Shown here in pieces: positions 34,404 through 44,321 of a DNA stretch of 64,000 nucleotides. The stretch's first letter is position 1; each line of letters opens with the position of its first letter. The stretch is taken from the NCBI GenBank assembly GCA_017864995.1, contig GCA_017864995.1_4097.1. The stretch is one strand, 5' to 3'. A program made the position numbers and the translations under genes. Below the pieces are notes generated by a model. That model ran no database searches, was not told where the DNA came from, and saw only the letters and a program-made list of their open reading frames with translations. This stretch comes from a phage.

Positions 34404-34649
34404 ATGTTGAATTTTTTAAATTTCCTTATCGTCTTGTGTATTGTTCTTGGGATTGCACCATTTGTATTGTATTTCATGGAGTCCGATGAAATGCAAAAGA
34501 TGAATTGCACAAGGACAGGACAGAGTAGAGAAGAGACGATTCTTATGCCTGTTACCGTTATTGTTAATAATATGCCCATTACAAACATGGTCCCTACCCT
34601 AACGACAACGTACCAGTACTCTTGTACAGACGGAGAGAGGTGGAGATAA
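34404..34649 (+). CDS. small membrane protein (N-terminal TM helix)
   Basis: MLNFLNFLIVLCIVLGIAPFVLYF hydrophobic segment; own promoter. Confidence 0.45.
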   Translation: MLNFLNFLIVLCIVLGIAPFVLYFMESDEMQKMNCTRTGQSREETILMPVTVIVNNMPITNMVPTLTTTYQYSCTDGERWR

Positions 34650-34972
34650 TGCGTAAGTTCAATTGTATTGTACGTAAGAATTCATGTTACATTGTAGTAG
34701 CTGATTTTAATACAGGTTCTGGGTTGAAGATATTTGAGTACAGAAAATGCAATAATTCTTTTCATTGGAAATTGGGTGCAAGAAAAGCAAAAACAATTTC
34801 AGTACCGAATTTATGTTCTATCTCTGAAGAAGAAGAGTTTCAGTACTTGTTAGTACATGATGATTCTTTAGGATTTACATTCGAAGACATGAAGGAAGTA
34901 CAAAAGCAGATGATTGCACATTGTCATCTTCCAAAGAATTTTGTTCAACACGTATGTGAATTCTACATATAA
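34649..34972 (+). CDS. Fam3 protein
   Basis: SEEEEFQYLLVHDD; start MRKFNCIV after RBS GAGAGAGGTGGAG (track 34622). Confidence 0.55.
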   Translation: MRKFNCIVRKNSCYIVVADFNTGSGLKIFEYRKCNNSFHWKLGARKAKTISVPNLCSISEEEEFQYLLVHDDSLGFTFEDMKEVQKQMIAHCHLPKNFVQHVCEFYI

Positions 34973-34981
34973 GAGAAGAAT

Positions 34982-35293
34982 ATGAAATTTAATATAGCAA
35001 AAACATCGAGTATATGTATTTTTGGTTATGCAGAAGAGTTAGGTGATATTGACATTCTTTTGTACAAAAAAGATGGTGTTATGCATTTCAAGTACCAGGA
35101 TGAAGAGGCAGACAATTATCTTTTACCTAATTTAGTACAAATGCAGGAAGAGGAATTATTCCAGTACAGCTTAATATACGACATTGATATTTGCACGATG
35201 CCAGTATTAATTAGTATTCAAAAAGTGATGCTCGATATGTATGATAAGCTAATACAAGGTATGTCAGGGAGGATCATTGAAATCGATATATAA
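34982..35293 (+). CDS. Fam3 protein
   Basis: QEEELFQYSLIYD. Confidence 0.55.
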   Translation: MKFNIAKTSSICIFGYAEELGDIDILLYKKDGVMHFKYQDEEADNYLLPNLVQMQEEELFQYSLIYDIDICTMPVLISIQKVMLDMYDKLIQGMSGRIIEIDI

Positions 35294-35312
35294 GAATATA
35301 CCTAATGCATAT

Positions 35313-35489
35313 ATGTTGAAGTACAAAGAGTTTATTAAAGATGTATATGTAGATCCTTTCAATATAAAATTATCAGAGTTCGAAGTATCATTTTATCTAG
35401 GGACAATAGTACAGGATCAATACGTTGATAATCTAATAAGGTGCATGAAAAAGGAGATACAATGCAGACCCAAAGGTATAAAAAGATAG
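35313..35489 (+). CDS. Fam2-like small protein
   Basis: FYLGTIVQDQYV; track start 35277 is TTG, ATG at 35313 preferred. Confidence 0.4.
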   Translation: MLKYKEFIKDVYVDPFNIKLSEFEVSFYLGTIVQDQYVDNLIRCMKKEIQCRPKGIKR

Positions 35490-35725
35490 ATGCTTATTTG
35501 TATGCTTCAAAGTACAGGGATTTTTGTTTACGAGGGGGAGAGGAAGATTTCGCTCTGAGATTATCTGAATTTAATATGTTATTTTATCTTGGTACAAAAG
35601 AACAAGAAGATACAGTACAGAAATTTCTCAATCATCTTGTACAAAAAATTAATATGCAAATTTTGATGCATAAGTTACAGAATGAGATAAATGAATATGA
35701 ATCCAGAAATAGTTCAGGATCTTAA
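35462..35725 (+). CDS. Fam2-like small protein
   Basis: FYLGTKEQEDTV; start MQTQRYKK after RBS AAGGAGA (track 35441 is GTG). Confidence 0.45.
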   Translation: MQTQRYKKIDAYLYASKYRDFCLRGGEEDFALRLSEFNMLFYLGTKEQEDTVQKFLNHLVQKINMQILMHKLQNEINEYESRNSSGS

Positions 35726-36101
35726 AAAAGTAATATTTCTTTTGAATACAAGAAGCTCTTTATATAAGGAGTTCAAGGATATTAAAACATCGTGTAATAT
35801 AGATTTTTTTGAAACCATACATGCGGAGTTTCGTGATTTAATTGCAGATGCATTGTTTGAATTTTCCGAGAAATATCAAGGTACAGTCTTCGGTGTTAAG
35901 AATGTTCTTCGTCCAAGTACAGGTACAAGGAAGATTGAGTTATCACATTTTACAATTGGTAACAACGATTTATTCAGTTATAACCCCAGTACATCTTTAT
36001 ATTTTATTCCTGTTTCAGACAAAAATCATCCTATTCATTACGGATGGATTATATCTTATACAATAAATGGAACGGAGTATCCTATTAAATGGCACGATTA
36101 G
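35691..36101 (+). CDS. hypothetical protein (136 aa)
   Basis: MNMNPEIVQDLK; no family motif. Confidence 0.5.
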   Translation: MNMNPEIVQDLKKVIFLLNTRSSLYKEFKDIKTSCNIDFFETIHAEFRDLIADALFEFSEKYQGTVFGVKNVLRPSTGTRKIELSHFTIGNNDLFSYNPSTSLYFIPVSDKNHPIHYGWIISYTINGTEYPIKWHD

Positions 36102-36240
36102 GGTGTGAAGATTATAATATGAATATATTATTAAGAAATATTAATGCAGATTATTGTGTATGGGTTAAGAATAGAGATATGATGTATTATGATTTTTATT
36201 TAGATTGTGCCATTAAGCGTTTTTTAAGAGAAGAACATTA

Positions 36241-36423
36241 ATGAAAACCGTTAATACAAAAGCAATAAATGATTTAAATGATTCTTTATTAGTAAGTATC
36301 AAGATGTATTACAATATACATTTAAAGGGTGGTATAGATAATTACAATTATTATCTTTCATTAGTTACAATAGAACATTTAAATTATATAGATCAGTTAT
36401 TACATCCAAATCCACCAAATTAA
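36241..36423 (+). CDS. hypothetical protein (60 aa)
   Basis: MKTVNTKAINDL; no motif. Confidence 0.4.
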   Translation: MKTVNTKAINDLNDSLLVSIKMYYNIHLKGGIDNYNYYLSLVTIEHLNYIDQLLHPNPPN

Positions 36424-36434
36424 GGAATACCAAT

Positions 36435-36995
36435 ATGAATGATATTGAGTTATTGGTACATAAGATTTGCACAATATCGTTAGTGCTGAACAATGCGAAT
36501 ACAGTACAGAGTTCCCTTTTAAGAATTAATAAAGTTGGGAGTAGTTTATATTTGGAAGTAAAAGCTGGTTTTGCAGGACAGTACAATGATAAAATCAAAG
36601 AAGAAGTTAAGGGAAATGAAGATGCTTACATTGAGGTTTGTGCAACAGTTGGTTCAAATCCAATTTCAGTATCACCTTTAATGCGAAATGAAAATCCAGA
36701 ATTTGATTCCAGTTTTGAAGGTTATTTGTGGTACAATTATGGTGATGATTATTTTATATATCAGAATTCCAAAACGGATTATAGTGAAGAAGGTATAAAA
36801 TTCATTGATCCTTACAATGAAGCAGAAGTATTTCAGACATCCCTAATATACAATACAAATCAAATGAAGTATCTTATGTTGTTTAGTACAATGCATTTGA
36901 ATCCATTGAAAGATAATTTAAAATTTTTCATTCGTTTAGAATTAGTTGATATTGCTTATGATCTTTTAATGCAAGGATATAGTTATGAAGTATAA
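36435..36995 (+). CDS. Fam3 protein
   Basis: NEAEVFQTSLIYN; C-term DLLMQGYSYEV shared with 37072 gene. Confidence 0.6.
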   Translation: MNDIELLVHKICTISLVLNNANTVQSSLLRINKVGSSLYLEVKAGFAGQYNDKIKEEVKGNEDAYIEVCATVGSNPISVSPLMRNENPEFDSSFEGYLWYNYGDDYFIYQNSKTDYSEEGIKFIDPYNEAEVFQTSLIYNTNQMKYLMLFSTMHLNPLKDNLKFFIRLELVDIAYDLLMQGYSYEV

Positions 36996-37065
36996 AATGC
37001 TTTATACAAAAGATATGATTTATGTTGAATTAGAAGACAATGACGATGTATCCATCAATAGGTAA
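36985..37065 (+). pseudogene. truncated remnant of MKYKxLYT..IYVELE-type Fam3 gene
   Basis: 26-aa ORF MKYKMLYTKDMIYVELEDNDD matches N-termini of 37568 and 37885 genes, then stops. Confidence 0.35.
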
Positions 37066-37071
37066 TAATAT

Positions 37072-37578
37072 ATGAATGAGATAGAATTATTAGCACACAA
37101 GATTAGTACAGTAATGCTTATGCTCAAGAATAATCATTCTATGCATAAGTACATTTTTATAGGTGATTTACGCATAGAAGATAGATATGATAAATTATCG
37201 TTTATGTTTAAAGATGAAAGTAATGCAAAAGTTTGTTTTGCAGCATTTGCCCAAGGCAATCCAGAACAAGCATCTCCTGTTATATACGAAAATAGTGAAG
37301 GGTATTTGTGGGTCAACACAAACGATTATTTCTTTTATGTTTTGAAACAAGATGATGAAGTAGAAGCACGAATTGATTTAATTGATATTAGTTCAGATTG
37401 TAGTGCTGAATTATTTCAGAAATCGTTATTATACAGTCCTCGTCAAATACATTATCTAAAGTTATTCAGTTCATTGTACGCGAATCCTTTAATTAAGGGT
37501 TTTAAATTTTATATCAAAATTCCGCACCTTTCAAACGTTTATGATTTATTAATGCAAGGATATAGTTATGAAGTATAA
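37072..37578 (+). CDS. Fam3 protein
   Basis: SAELFQKSLLYS; paralog of 36435. Confidence 0.6.
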   Translation: MNEIELLAHKISTVMLMLKNNHSMHKYIFIGDLRIEDRYDKLSFMFKDESNAKVCFAAFAQGNPEQASPVIYENSEGYLWVNTNDYFFYVLKQDDEVEARIDLIDISSDCSAELFQKSLLYSPRQIHYLKLFSSLYANPLIKGFKFYIKIPHLSNVYDLLMQGYSYEV

Positions 37579-37879
37579 AATTCTTTATACATTAACATTA
37601 ATATATGTAGAATTAGAATCCGATTCAGATGCATGGAATTTGGTTAAAGAGGTCGATACCAATCAATGGTACATGGCAAATTTAGACGAACATGTTGTTA
37701 CGGATTATTTTATAGATTTTAATACATTATCTGAAGAAGAATTTTTCCAAATGCAATTGGTGGTTGACATGTACGGACATGACATGGTAACATTAAGAAA
37801 TATACAGAAAGTCGTTAATGAATTCCAAAGCAAGAAAGATTATGAGGTAGGAGCGTATTATGACATCGACGTACAGTGA
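37568..37879 (+). CDS. Fam3 protein
   Basis: SEEEFFQMQLVVD; N-term MKYKILYTLTLIYVELE. Confidence 0.6.
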   Translation: MKYKILYTLTLIYVELESDSDAWNLVKEVDTNQWYMANLDEHVVTDYFIDFNTLSEEEFFQMQLVVDMYGHDMVTLRNIQKVVNEFQSKKDYEVGAYYDIDVQ

Positions 37880-37884
37880 AAGCA

Positions 37885-38226
37885 ATGAGTACAATAGTTA
37901 TGATATATAAAATGCTTTATACAGTATCGGGGATATATGTAGAATTAGAACCCGATTATCCAGATGGATGGAATTTTATTAAACGCTCCGAAAGAAATAC
38001 ATGGCACATGGCACATTTGGATAATGACGTAATATTAGACAATTTTGTGGATTTTAATACATTATCAGAAGAAGAATTCTTCCAAATGCAATGTGTGCTT
38101 GACACAAAAGGATTTGATGTGCTATTATTAAAGAATATACAGAAAGCTGTTAACGAATTAATATCCAATGACGAGTTAGGCAAAGTGAGGCTGTTCCATG
38201 ATCTCGAAGTACAGTACCAGCAATGA
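37885..38226 (+). CDS. Fam3 protein
   Basis: SEEEFFQMQCVLD; paralog of 37568; track start 37876 is GTG, ATG 37885 or 37900 likely. Confidence 0.55.
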   Translation: MSTIVMIYKMLYTVSGIYVELEPDYPDGWNFIKRSERNTWHMAHLDNDVILDNFVDFNTLSEEEFFQMQCVLDTKGFDVLLLKNIQKAVNELISNDELGKVRLFHDLEVQYQQ

Positions 38227-38767
38227 AATTCAGTACACCTACGCTAATGCAATCCTAATGGGACAAAAGTTAGCTTGTATTGTTGCAGCCTTATATAATG
38301 TACAAAAAGCAGCACATAATAAAAAACCATATACAAGAATCATTAACGCATTCATGGGGTTTAAACCATCTGATTTTGATTCACATATTGCGTGCACAAG
38401 TTATTTTGACAAACGATTCAATACACCTGATACCCCAAATGCCCGTAGTGTTATTAGTCTTTTACAGTTTAATCCAACACCAGTTATATCAAAGAATGAT
38501 TTGGATTACACTTGGTACAATTCAAATCAAGATTCATTTTATTCTAATGATCAATCGATTGAATATAATAAAATTAAATCAGAGGAAGCATTTTTTCAGG
38601 AATCATTATTTACACATGAACGTTCTTTGTTTTATAGTGTTATGTTGAGTACAGTATACAATAGTCCATTACACAAGAATAACAAAATTAATTTCAGTTT
38701 TTGTGCTTATGCGATTGATGGTGTTTATGAGTGCTTAATGGAGGTATTGAGTTATGAAGCTGAATAA
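38198..38767 (+). CDS. Fam3 protein
   Basis: SEEAFFQESLFTHE. Confidence 0.55.
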   Translation: MISKYSTSNEIQYTYANAILMGQKLACIVAALYNVQKAAHNKKPYTRIINAFMGFKPSDFDSHIACTSYFDKRFNTPDTPNARSVISLLQFNPTPVISKNDLDYTWYNSNQDSFYSNDQSIEYNKIKSEEAFFQESLFTHERSLFYSVMLSTVYNSPLHKNNKINFSFCAYAIDGVYECLMEVLSYEAE

Positions 38768-39095
38768 TACATTTGATATTAAGAAGTTAAGAGAATGGTT
38801 TTATAGTATTGAAATTGAAGCCATTCCTTATCATAGATATGAACAAAGTGATTTACAAAGTATTGATATCAGAGAGTTGTACAAATATTATCAGAGTGCA
38901 TTAGAGATGCATAAGTTATTTTTGAGTACAAATTTCATTCTAAATTACAATTTTGAGGAATTTAATAATTATAATTTAGTACAGAAATATGTAGTAGCAA
39001 AGTACATGTACAATCAAGGTATCAAAGGTTGCATCGAATTCAATACCGTTCTTATTTTAGTTGAGGTAATTTTATGCACCGCATGTCTGATTTAG
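38754..39095 (+). CDS. hypothetical protein (113 aa)
   Basis: MKLNNTFDIKKL; no clear motif. Confidence 0.5.
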   Translation: MKLNNTFDIKKLREWFYSIEIEAIPYHRYEQSDLQSIDIRELYKYYQSALEMHKLFLSTNFILNYNFEEFNNYNLVQKYVVAKYMYNQGIKGCIEFNTVLILVEVILCTACLI

Positions 39096-39571
39096 AGTTC
39101 AGTTTAGATGCAGCCTTTAAATTTGTTCACAAAATAGAAACAATATATCGTACATTATGTGCAATAACATCAGTATCAAAAGAGTTTGATGTTGGTGAAA
39201 GGTATCAGGTGTGGAATAATTCATTTTATAATAAAGAACATTCTGCGACGGCATTTTATATTTTAGCATTTAATCCCAGCAATTGTTACCCAGAGAAGCA
39301 TGAACGTTATCCAAATGACGACATGTGGTTTGAGTACAAAGAAGATGCTGATATGTCGTCAATTGTAGTTCCTGATGATTTTAATGCACAAGATTTAACA
39401 GAAGAGTGGTGGTTCCAGCAGAATTTAGTACATGATGATATTGATTTATTTTTCTATATTGCATTTAAAATGCTTTATCACAACAATATAGTTAAAGAAA
39501 GTTTATCGTTTTCATGTCTATATATTGATGATTTGTACAATGAAATTCAAATAAACATGCCTGTATCGTAA
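39074..39571 (+). CDS. Fam3 protein
   Basis: TEEWWFQQNLVHDD. Confidence 0.55.
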   Translation: MHRMSDLEFSLDAAFKFVHKIETIYRTLCAITSVSKEFDVGERYQVWNNSFYNKEHSATAFYILAFNPSNCYPEKHERYPNDDMWFEYKEDADMSSIVVPDDFNAQDLTEEWWFQQNLVHDDIDLFFYIAFKMLYHNNIVKESLSFSCLYIDDLYNEIQINMPVS

Positions 39572-39589
39572 GATATGGGCTTTTTTTGT

Positions 39590-39618
39590 TTGACACGAGT
39601 ACAAATGCATGGTACAAT
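39590..39618 (+). promoter_or_regulatory. promoter TTGACA-17-TACAAT (internal to Fam3 array)
   Basis: follows G/C segment plus T-run (possible terminator) at 39575-39588. Confidence 0.5.
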
Positions 39619-39643
39619 GTGTAATCATTTTAAGGAGATACCT

Positions 39644-40219
39644 ATGGAAAATTTTAAAATACCAGATGATTTCAATTCAGTACAAGAGATTGTACACAAG
39701 GTTCATTATATTTTTAATGAATTAATTATTGCCAATTCATCCGGTATGCAAATTGAGTTAAAGGATATTGATAGAGAAGAAGTTTTTTTGGGTTCCCCAA
39801 ATTCAATCATTCCTTTTTATGGACAAGATCGTTTATGGTTCATGAGAGATATCCCAATTGACAAATACAAAATACAAACAAAATCAGATTTTTATTCTAT
39901 TTTTGAATATCTTAATATTACATTACAAACACAAGATATAAGTGCAATAAATGCAATGAGTGCAGAGGAATATTTTCAGTACAGTACATTGCATAGTCCA
40001 GAAGAAATCTTTGTTGTTATGCTCGTTGCAAAATTGAGTACAGTTGATTTTGGGACGTACCCAAATAAATCATTCAAGATTATTATTCCTGCATTCGTCG
40101 ATCTTTATGATTTCATTGTGCACAAGAAAGAAAGTACAGTGTACGATATGTATCGTTCAAATATCAGTTTATTTGCATCAAGTGCAGTAAATGCAGTGAT
40201 TACAGGGGAATTAAAATGA
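39644..40219 (+). CDS. Fam3 protein
   Basis: SAEEYFQYSTLHSPEE; start MENFKIPDD after RBS TAAGGAGA (track 39575 lies in promoter). Confidence 0.6.
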   Translation: MENFKIPDDFNSVQEIVHKVHYIFNELIIANSSGMQIELKDIDREEVFLGSPNSIIPFYGQDRLWFMRDIPIDKYKIQTKSDFYSIFEYLNITLQTQDISAINAMSAEEYFQYSTLHSPEEIFVVMLVAKLSTVDFGTYPNKSFKIIIPAFVDLYDFIVHKKESTVYDMYRSNISLFASSAVNAVITGELK

Positions 40220-40824
40220 ACATAGATCAATTAATGAAGTACAGTACAAATACAATTCCAGTGCTAAGTAAAGCATTAGATGCATTCAATGCTAAGTACC
40301 CTGAAGGTTCAGAGTTAAATATTCCTTTTACCACAGAAGGGATTGTTGATACGTACATTGTAAACATTAGTAGTACAGGTATTGTTTTGAAGCAAAAGTA
40401 CGGCGAAAGTGAATATTATGGATTGAAGCTGGATAATATTTCAGGAGAGAAGACACCTTATGAGTTTTGGGTTCCGAATAACATTGAGTCATGGAAAACA
40501 AATATTAATAAGAGAGACGAAAGAAATTTACCTCTTGTACAAAATAATGAAAAAAGAATTGACGTATTTTATTATTACAGTACAGCCCAGTTTCCAGAAG
40601 AGATTTATTTAAATTCAGAGGTGCATGAAGATATTGAATCATTTTTCTTTCAGTTATCATTGGTACAGGATATCATGCCTGTGCAAATGTTCAGGGATGA
40701 AATAAATTTAGCGAAAGAGATTTCGGATATGTTACCTGAATTTAGTGTTCTTTATGGTAGTAGAGCTTTACCTGAAAATGTTTACAAAGAATTTATTTCC
40801 ATTGTTAAAGGGTTGAATATATAA
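40216..40824 (+). CDS. Fam3 protein
   Basis: ESFFFQLSLVQD. Confidence 0.55.
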   Translation: MNIDQLMKYSTNTIPVLSKALDAFNAKYPEGSELNIPFTTEGIVDTYIVNISSTGIVLKQKYGESEYYGLKLDNISGEKTPYEFWVPNNIESWKTNINKRDERNLPLVQNNEKRIDVFYYYSTAQFPEEIYLNSEVHEDIESFFFQLSLVQDIMPVQMFRDEINLAKEISDMLPEFSVLYGSRALPENVYKEFISIVKGLNI

Positions 40825-40825
40825 T

Positions 40826-41020
40826 ATGACCGCCTATGATATCAAACAAAGGCATACGAAGTTTGATTTGTTCACATACCAATTCCACAATGATATAGTG
40901 AATTTTAACATCAATGCGTCCTTGCATCCTACATCACAAGATGATTTTGACAACAGAGTGCTTAACATAGTGGTGCTTTTGTGTTATAATCATTTCAGTG
41001 AATATTTTAACACAAGATAA
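40826..41020 (+). CDS. hypothetical small protein (64 aa)
   Basis: MTAYDIKQRHTK; no motif. Confidence 0.4.
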   Translation: MTAYDIKQRHTKFDLFTYQFHNDIVNFNINASLHPTSQDDFDNRVLNIVVLLCYNHFSEYFNTR

Positions 41021-41033
41021 GGTTGAGGCACAC

Positions 41034-41552
41034 ATGTATCAGGCCAAGTACAATACATCATATGCATTTGCACACAACATTTTGAAGATCATCAAAGCGT
41101 TAGAGGGTGGATTGCTTAGTCATAAGTACACCAAAGTAGGTGACAATTGGTTCAGAAATGATGATGAGTTCAGAAGTCATAAGATTGTTTACAGCAATAA
41201 TTACAGTGCAAATTACCTTCAGGATGTTGCTATGTGCTTCGAATACGTGTTACAGTTCAGGGGTTCCATCAGTTCTGAGCTAAGAGAACACATGTACATT
41301 CGATACCTACCAATGCTTAAGGATGAGAAATCAATATTCAATTCAGTACACCACAGAGTACGAGAGAGAACATTCAGGGATATTTTAGAAGATGAAGCTG
41401 CATATTTCCAGCAATCATTGATTGATGCTCCTGATGTGTTACAGATGCAGAATTTGTATAATGTATTAGATGTGAACATCGATACGGATATCTTTTTTTC
41501 CTTAAGTGATTATGAAACATTTTTGGAAGATTTAAAGGAAATAGGATTATGA
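41034..41552 (+). CDS. Fam3 protein
   Basis: DEAAYFQQSLIDAPD; start MYQAKYNTSY after RBS AAGGTTGAGG (track 40998). Confidence 0.55.
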   Translation: MYQAKYNTSYAFAHNILKIIKALEGGLLSHKYTKVGDNWFRNDDEFRSHKIVYSNNYSANYLQDVAMCFEYVLQFRGSISSELREHMYIRYLPMLKDEKSIFNSVHHRVRERTFRDILEDEAAYFQQSLIDAPDVLQMQNLYNVLDVNIDTDIFFSLSDYETFLEDLKEIGL

Positions 41553-41893
41553 GTAGATTTTCAGTTTATATAGTAAACGTCAGTAAAGATGGTAGTTTAA
41601 TTGAATTTGATGTAGTTGATAACAATGATAATTCATATGGTATTAAGGTACAGGACAATGATGTACAGTTCAGTACAAGGACAAATTTTGAGAATCCAGT
41701 CCAAGTTCCGCATTTCATAGAAGATGAAGCTGCACGATTCCAACACGAAACGGCCTTTGATAATTTAGCGATGCATATTATTATGCAACAGAGTTTAGTT
41801 CAATTGCTTCAGGTATTCAGACAAAATATATATGTACATGAAGTGTCGATTAATGGCATTCAAAGTTCCGTTTTATTCGGTACAAATATGTAA
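41549..41893 (+). CDS. Fam3 protein
   Basis: DEAARFQHETAFDN. Confidence 0.5.
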   Translation: MSRFSVYIVNVSKDGSLIEFDVVDNNDNSYGIKVQDNDVQFSTRTNFENPVQVPHFIEDEAARFQHETAFDNLAMHIIMQQSLVQLLQVFRQNIYVHEVSINGIQSSVLFGTNM

Positions 41894-41903
41894 GGAAAGT
41901 ACA

Positions 41904-42458
41904 ATGAGTTCAATGAGTTTATTAGATACATTAGAAAAAGACAGAAGTGCCATTAAGAGATTAAAAAATCTTGTCCAGAGCATTGCGAACAATGCTGAGA
42001 AGTTCAGTGACAATCTTAGTATAGGTGATATAACCAGTACAGGAATAAAATCCCTGAAGTCAGATTTATTAATTCATAAGGAAGATAAATTATTATTTGT
42101 ATTGAGTTCAGATTTAATGGTTGCAAGTAATGGTTTCAATTCGATATCAACACAAGATGGTAGCACAGGATTATATCTATCACAGGGTGTCCAGACGAAC
42201 GAACAAAAGTGTTTTAGTTCAGGAGTACAGAATCCCTTTAAGTTCAGTACAGAACAAGCTACAGAGCTTTTAGATGCTTCAGAAGAGATGTTATTTCAGT
42301 ACAAAACGGTTCATACAGATTTTGAATTACGATGCATGTACGCTGTTAAGCATTATGTTCAGGAGTTCGAGGATTTAAGTTATCTTTTAGTTCGAACGAA
42401 TACAAAGAACATTGGTGCATTAGAAGATTACATTTCAAAAGTTGTTAAAGGGTGCTAA
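41904..42458 (+). CDS. Fam3 protein
   Basis: SEEMLFQYKTVHTD; start MSSMSLLD after RBS AAGGAAAG (track 41832). Confidence 0.55.
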   Translation: MSSMSLLDTLEKDRSAIKRLKNLVQSIANNAEKFSDNLSIGDITSTGIKSLKSDLLIHKEDKLLFVLSSDLMVASNGFNSISTQDGSTGLYLSQGVQTNEQKCFSSGVQNPFKFSTEQATELLDASEEMLFQYKTVHTDFELRCMYAVKHYVQEFEDLSYLLVRTNTKNIGALEDYISKVVKGC

Positions 42459-42621
42459 AGTGTGCTGATGAAAGAGTTATTTGAAGAACAGTTCGATACA
42501 TATGTGGATAATATTCTTTATTCTAGTCGTGCTAGTCAACGAGGAAATCGTGCTTACAACATAGATTACCTATTAACGGTGCTGAGTTCACAGTACACCT
42601 ACGCTGTGCAGAGGACATATT

Positions 42622-42825
42622 ATGGATAATTTTAGAGATGTTGCAAAGGAGAAGTTCAAGTGCAGTTTAGATTACGGTTTAAATGATTTTCTTACATGCA
42701 CAATGTACAGGAATGATGATTATGAGCAATCCGTAATTTCGTTGCACAGATATTTCGAAATAATTTACGCAAGATATCTTAGAAGGTTAGATGGGATAGG
42801 GGATTGGAATTATGATTACGTTTGA
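42622..42825 (+). CDS. hypothetical small protein (67 aa)
   Basis: MDNFRDVAKEKF; no motif. Confidence 0.45.
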   Translation: MDNFRDVAKEKFKCSLDYGLNDFLTCTMYRNDDYEQSVISLHRYFEIIYARYLRRLDGIGDWNYDYV

Positions 42826-43027
42826 AGAGCCGGAAGTGGTATATTGCTATAGTGTGAAAGGTTTTGAATACATGATGGATTCGATTTTGAAGGATACATA
42901 TTTGGTTCAGATTGCAGTTGCAGATGATGCAGTACAACGAGTATTGAATATATACGAGAAGACGAGTCGAAGGCTTTGTGCGATGAAAAGGATTGAAGAA
43001 ATCAAGCTTTCTAGGCTGAATAAATAG
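42812..43027 (+). CDS. hypothetical small protein (71 aa)
   Basis: MITFEEPEVVYC; no motif; followed by ~190 nt non-coding stretch. Confidence 0.45.
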   Translation: MITFEEPEVVYCYSVKGFEYMMDSILKDTYLVQIAVADDAVQRVLNIYEKTSRRLCAMKRIEEIKLSRLNK

Positions 43028-43222
43028 AGACGTTTCGTTTTCACAGGCCGCAGGGGGGGTCAAAAAAATTTTCGCTGAAAAACATGTTAAGGTATATGTT
43101 TAATATAAAGTTTTAAAATGTGTTTTCAGAGTACAGTTCATGTTTCCTGAAACAAAAAATACCCCGCCGCGAACGTTCTCCTTATATTGGAGTTTACCTT
43201 ATTAATTACAGTAGAGATTATT

Positions 43223-43600
43223 ATGGAAATAAAATATAAAGAATTTAGTATAGGGACATGGATGTACACGGGTGAGTTGATTACGTGTTGTAATTTGTAC
43301 AAAGGTGATTTAAACTACACAAGGGGCAAGGTTATAAAGTTCTGGAATTCACAATTTTATTTAATGGATCTTGGTACTGGATTTAGTTGTAAAGCAACCG
43401 ATATGCTGGACTATACCTTAATGGATGATGCTGCACTATTTCAGGAGTCATTAGTATTTGACAAGAAGTACATCTGTACATTAGAAGAGATTGTTGAAAT
43501 CCAGCGTAGAATTAAATGCATTCACAGGGAATGTATAGATAAATGGTGTAAAACTGGTGAAACTAATTTTAGTAATCATTTCAATCTAGGGGAAGAGTGA
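43223..43600 (+). CDS. Fam3 protein
   Basis: DDAALFQESLVFDKKY; start MEIKYKEF (track 43187). Confidence 0.55.
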   Translation: MEIKYKEFSIGTWMYTGELITCCNLYKGDLNYTRGKVIKFWNSQFYLMDLGTGFSCKATDMLDYTLMDDAALFQESLVFDKKYICTLEEIVEIQRRIKCIHRECIDKWCKTGETNFSNHFNLGEE

Positions 43601-43956
43601 TGGAATTTGATTTTGTAATATCAGTACATTCTTTTAAGAACAGTTTTCAGTACTTTTGTAATTTAAACAAAGGTGATTTGATGCACAGTGCGAATGAGTA
43701 TATTCATTACACTCAGGGTAAATTTACATTCATTGATTACAGTTCATTACAGTATCCACACCAAGATATGCCGGACTATACATTAATGGATACCGCAGAA
43801 CTATTCCAAGAATCATTAGTATTTGATAAGAAGTACTTGTGTACATTTGAAGAAGTTATTGCAATACAAAATGAAATGAAAGAGTATGCTGCTTTGCATA
43901 AACCCAATGCAAGTATTAATCAAGAATACAAATTCAATTTAGGAATTCAAGAATGA
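43597..43956 (+). CDS. Fam3 protein
   Basis: DTAELFQESLVFDKKY; paralog of 43223. Confidence 0.6.
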   Translation: MMEFDFVISVHSFKNSFQYFCNLNKGDLMHSANEYIHYTQGKFTFIDYSSLQYPHQDMPDYTLMDTAELFQESLVFDKKYLCTFEEVIAIQNEMKEYAALHKPNASINQEYKFNLGIQE

Positions 43957-44312
43957 CATATGATTATTCTATGTACTATTATAAGTTACCTAAAGGATGG
44001 GACTTGTGCTGTAATCTTATTAAGGGCGACTCGGAACATGAGTTGAGTTTATATATGCATTACAAAGATTCTTGTTTTAAATTTATTCATGTATCACATG
44101 ATGACTATGACTATGAATCTGAGAGTCTTATAGATTATACAGTACTGGACGATGGTGAACTATTTCAGGCTGCATTAGTGTTTGATAAGAATAAGTACTC
44201 CTGTACATTTGAAGAAATGGTTTCTTTGCAAAATGAAATGAAGAGATTTGAAAAAGAAAACGTATTTAATCCATCCCCATCAAGAACGAATAATTATTAT
44301 TTCAATATATGA
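43953..44312 (+). CDS. Fam3 protein
   Basis: DDGELFQAALVFDKNKY; paralog of 43223. Confidence 0.6.
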   Translation: MTYDYSMYYYKLPKGWDLCCNLIKGDSEHELSLYMHYKDSCFKFIHVSHDDYDYESESLIDYTVLDDGELFQAALVFDKNKYSCTFEEMVSLQNEMKRFEKENVFNPSPSRTNNYYFNI

Positions 44313-44321
44313 GATTATAAA

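Noticed and set aside
38280-38648. Alternative-frame + ORF inside 38198-38767 (likewise 35842-36066, 45089-45304, 45418-45663, 51325-51591, 51675-51896, 63242-63457)
   Set aside because: Embedded out of frame in longer motif-bearing genes; AT-rich sequence yields such ORFs by chance.
42468-42629. 53-aa ORF between 41904-42458 and 42622-42825
   Set aside because: No RBS, overlaps the next gene's start, and has no family features; left unannotated.
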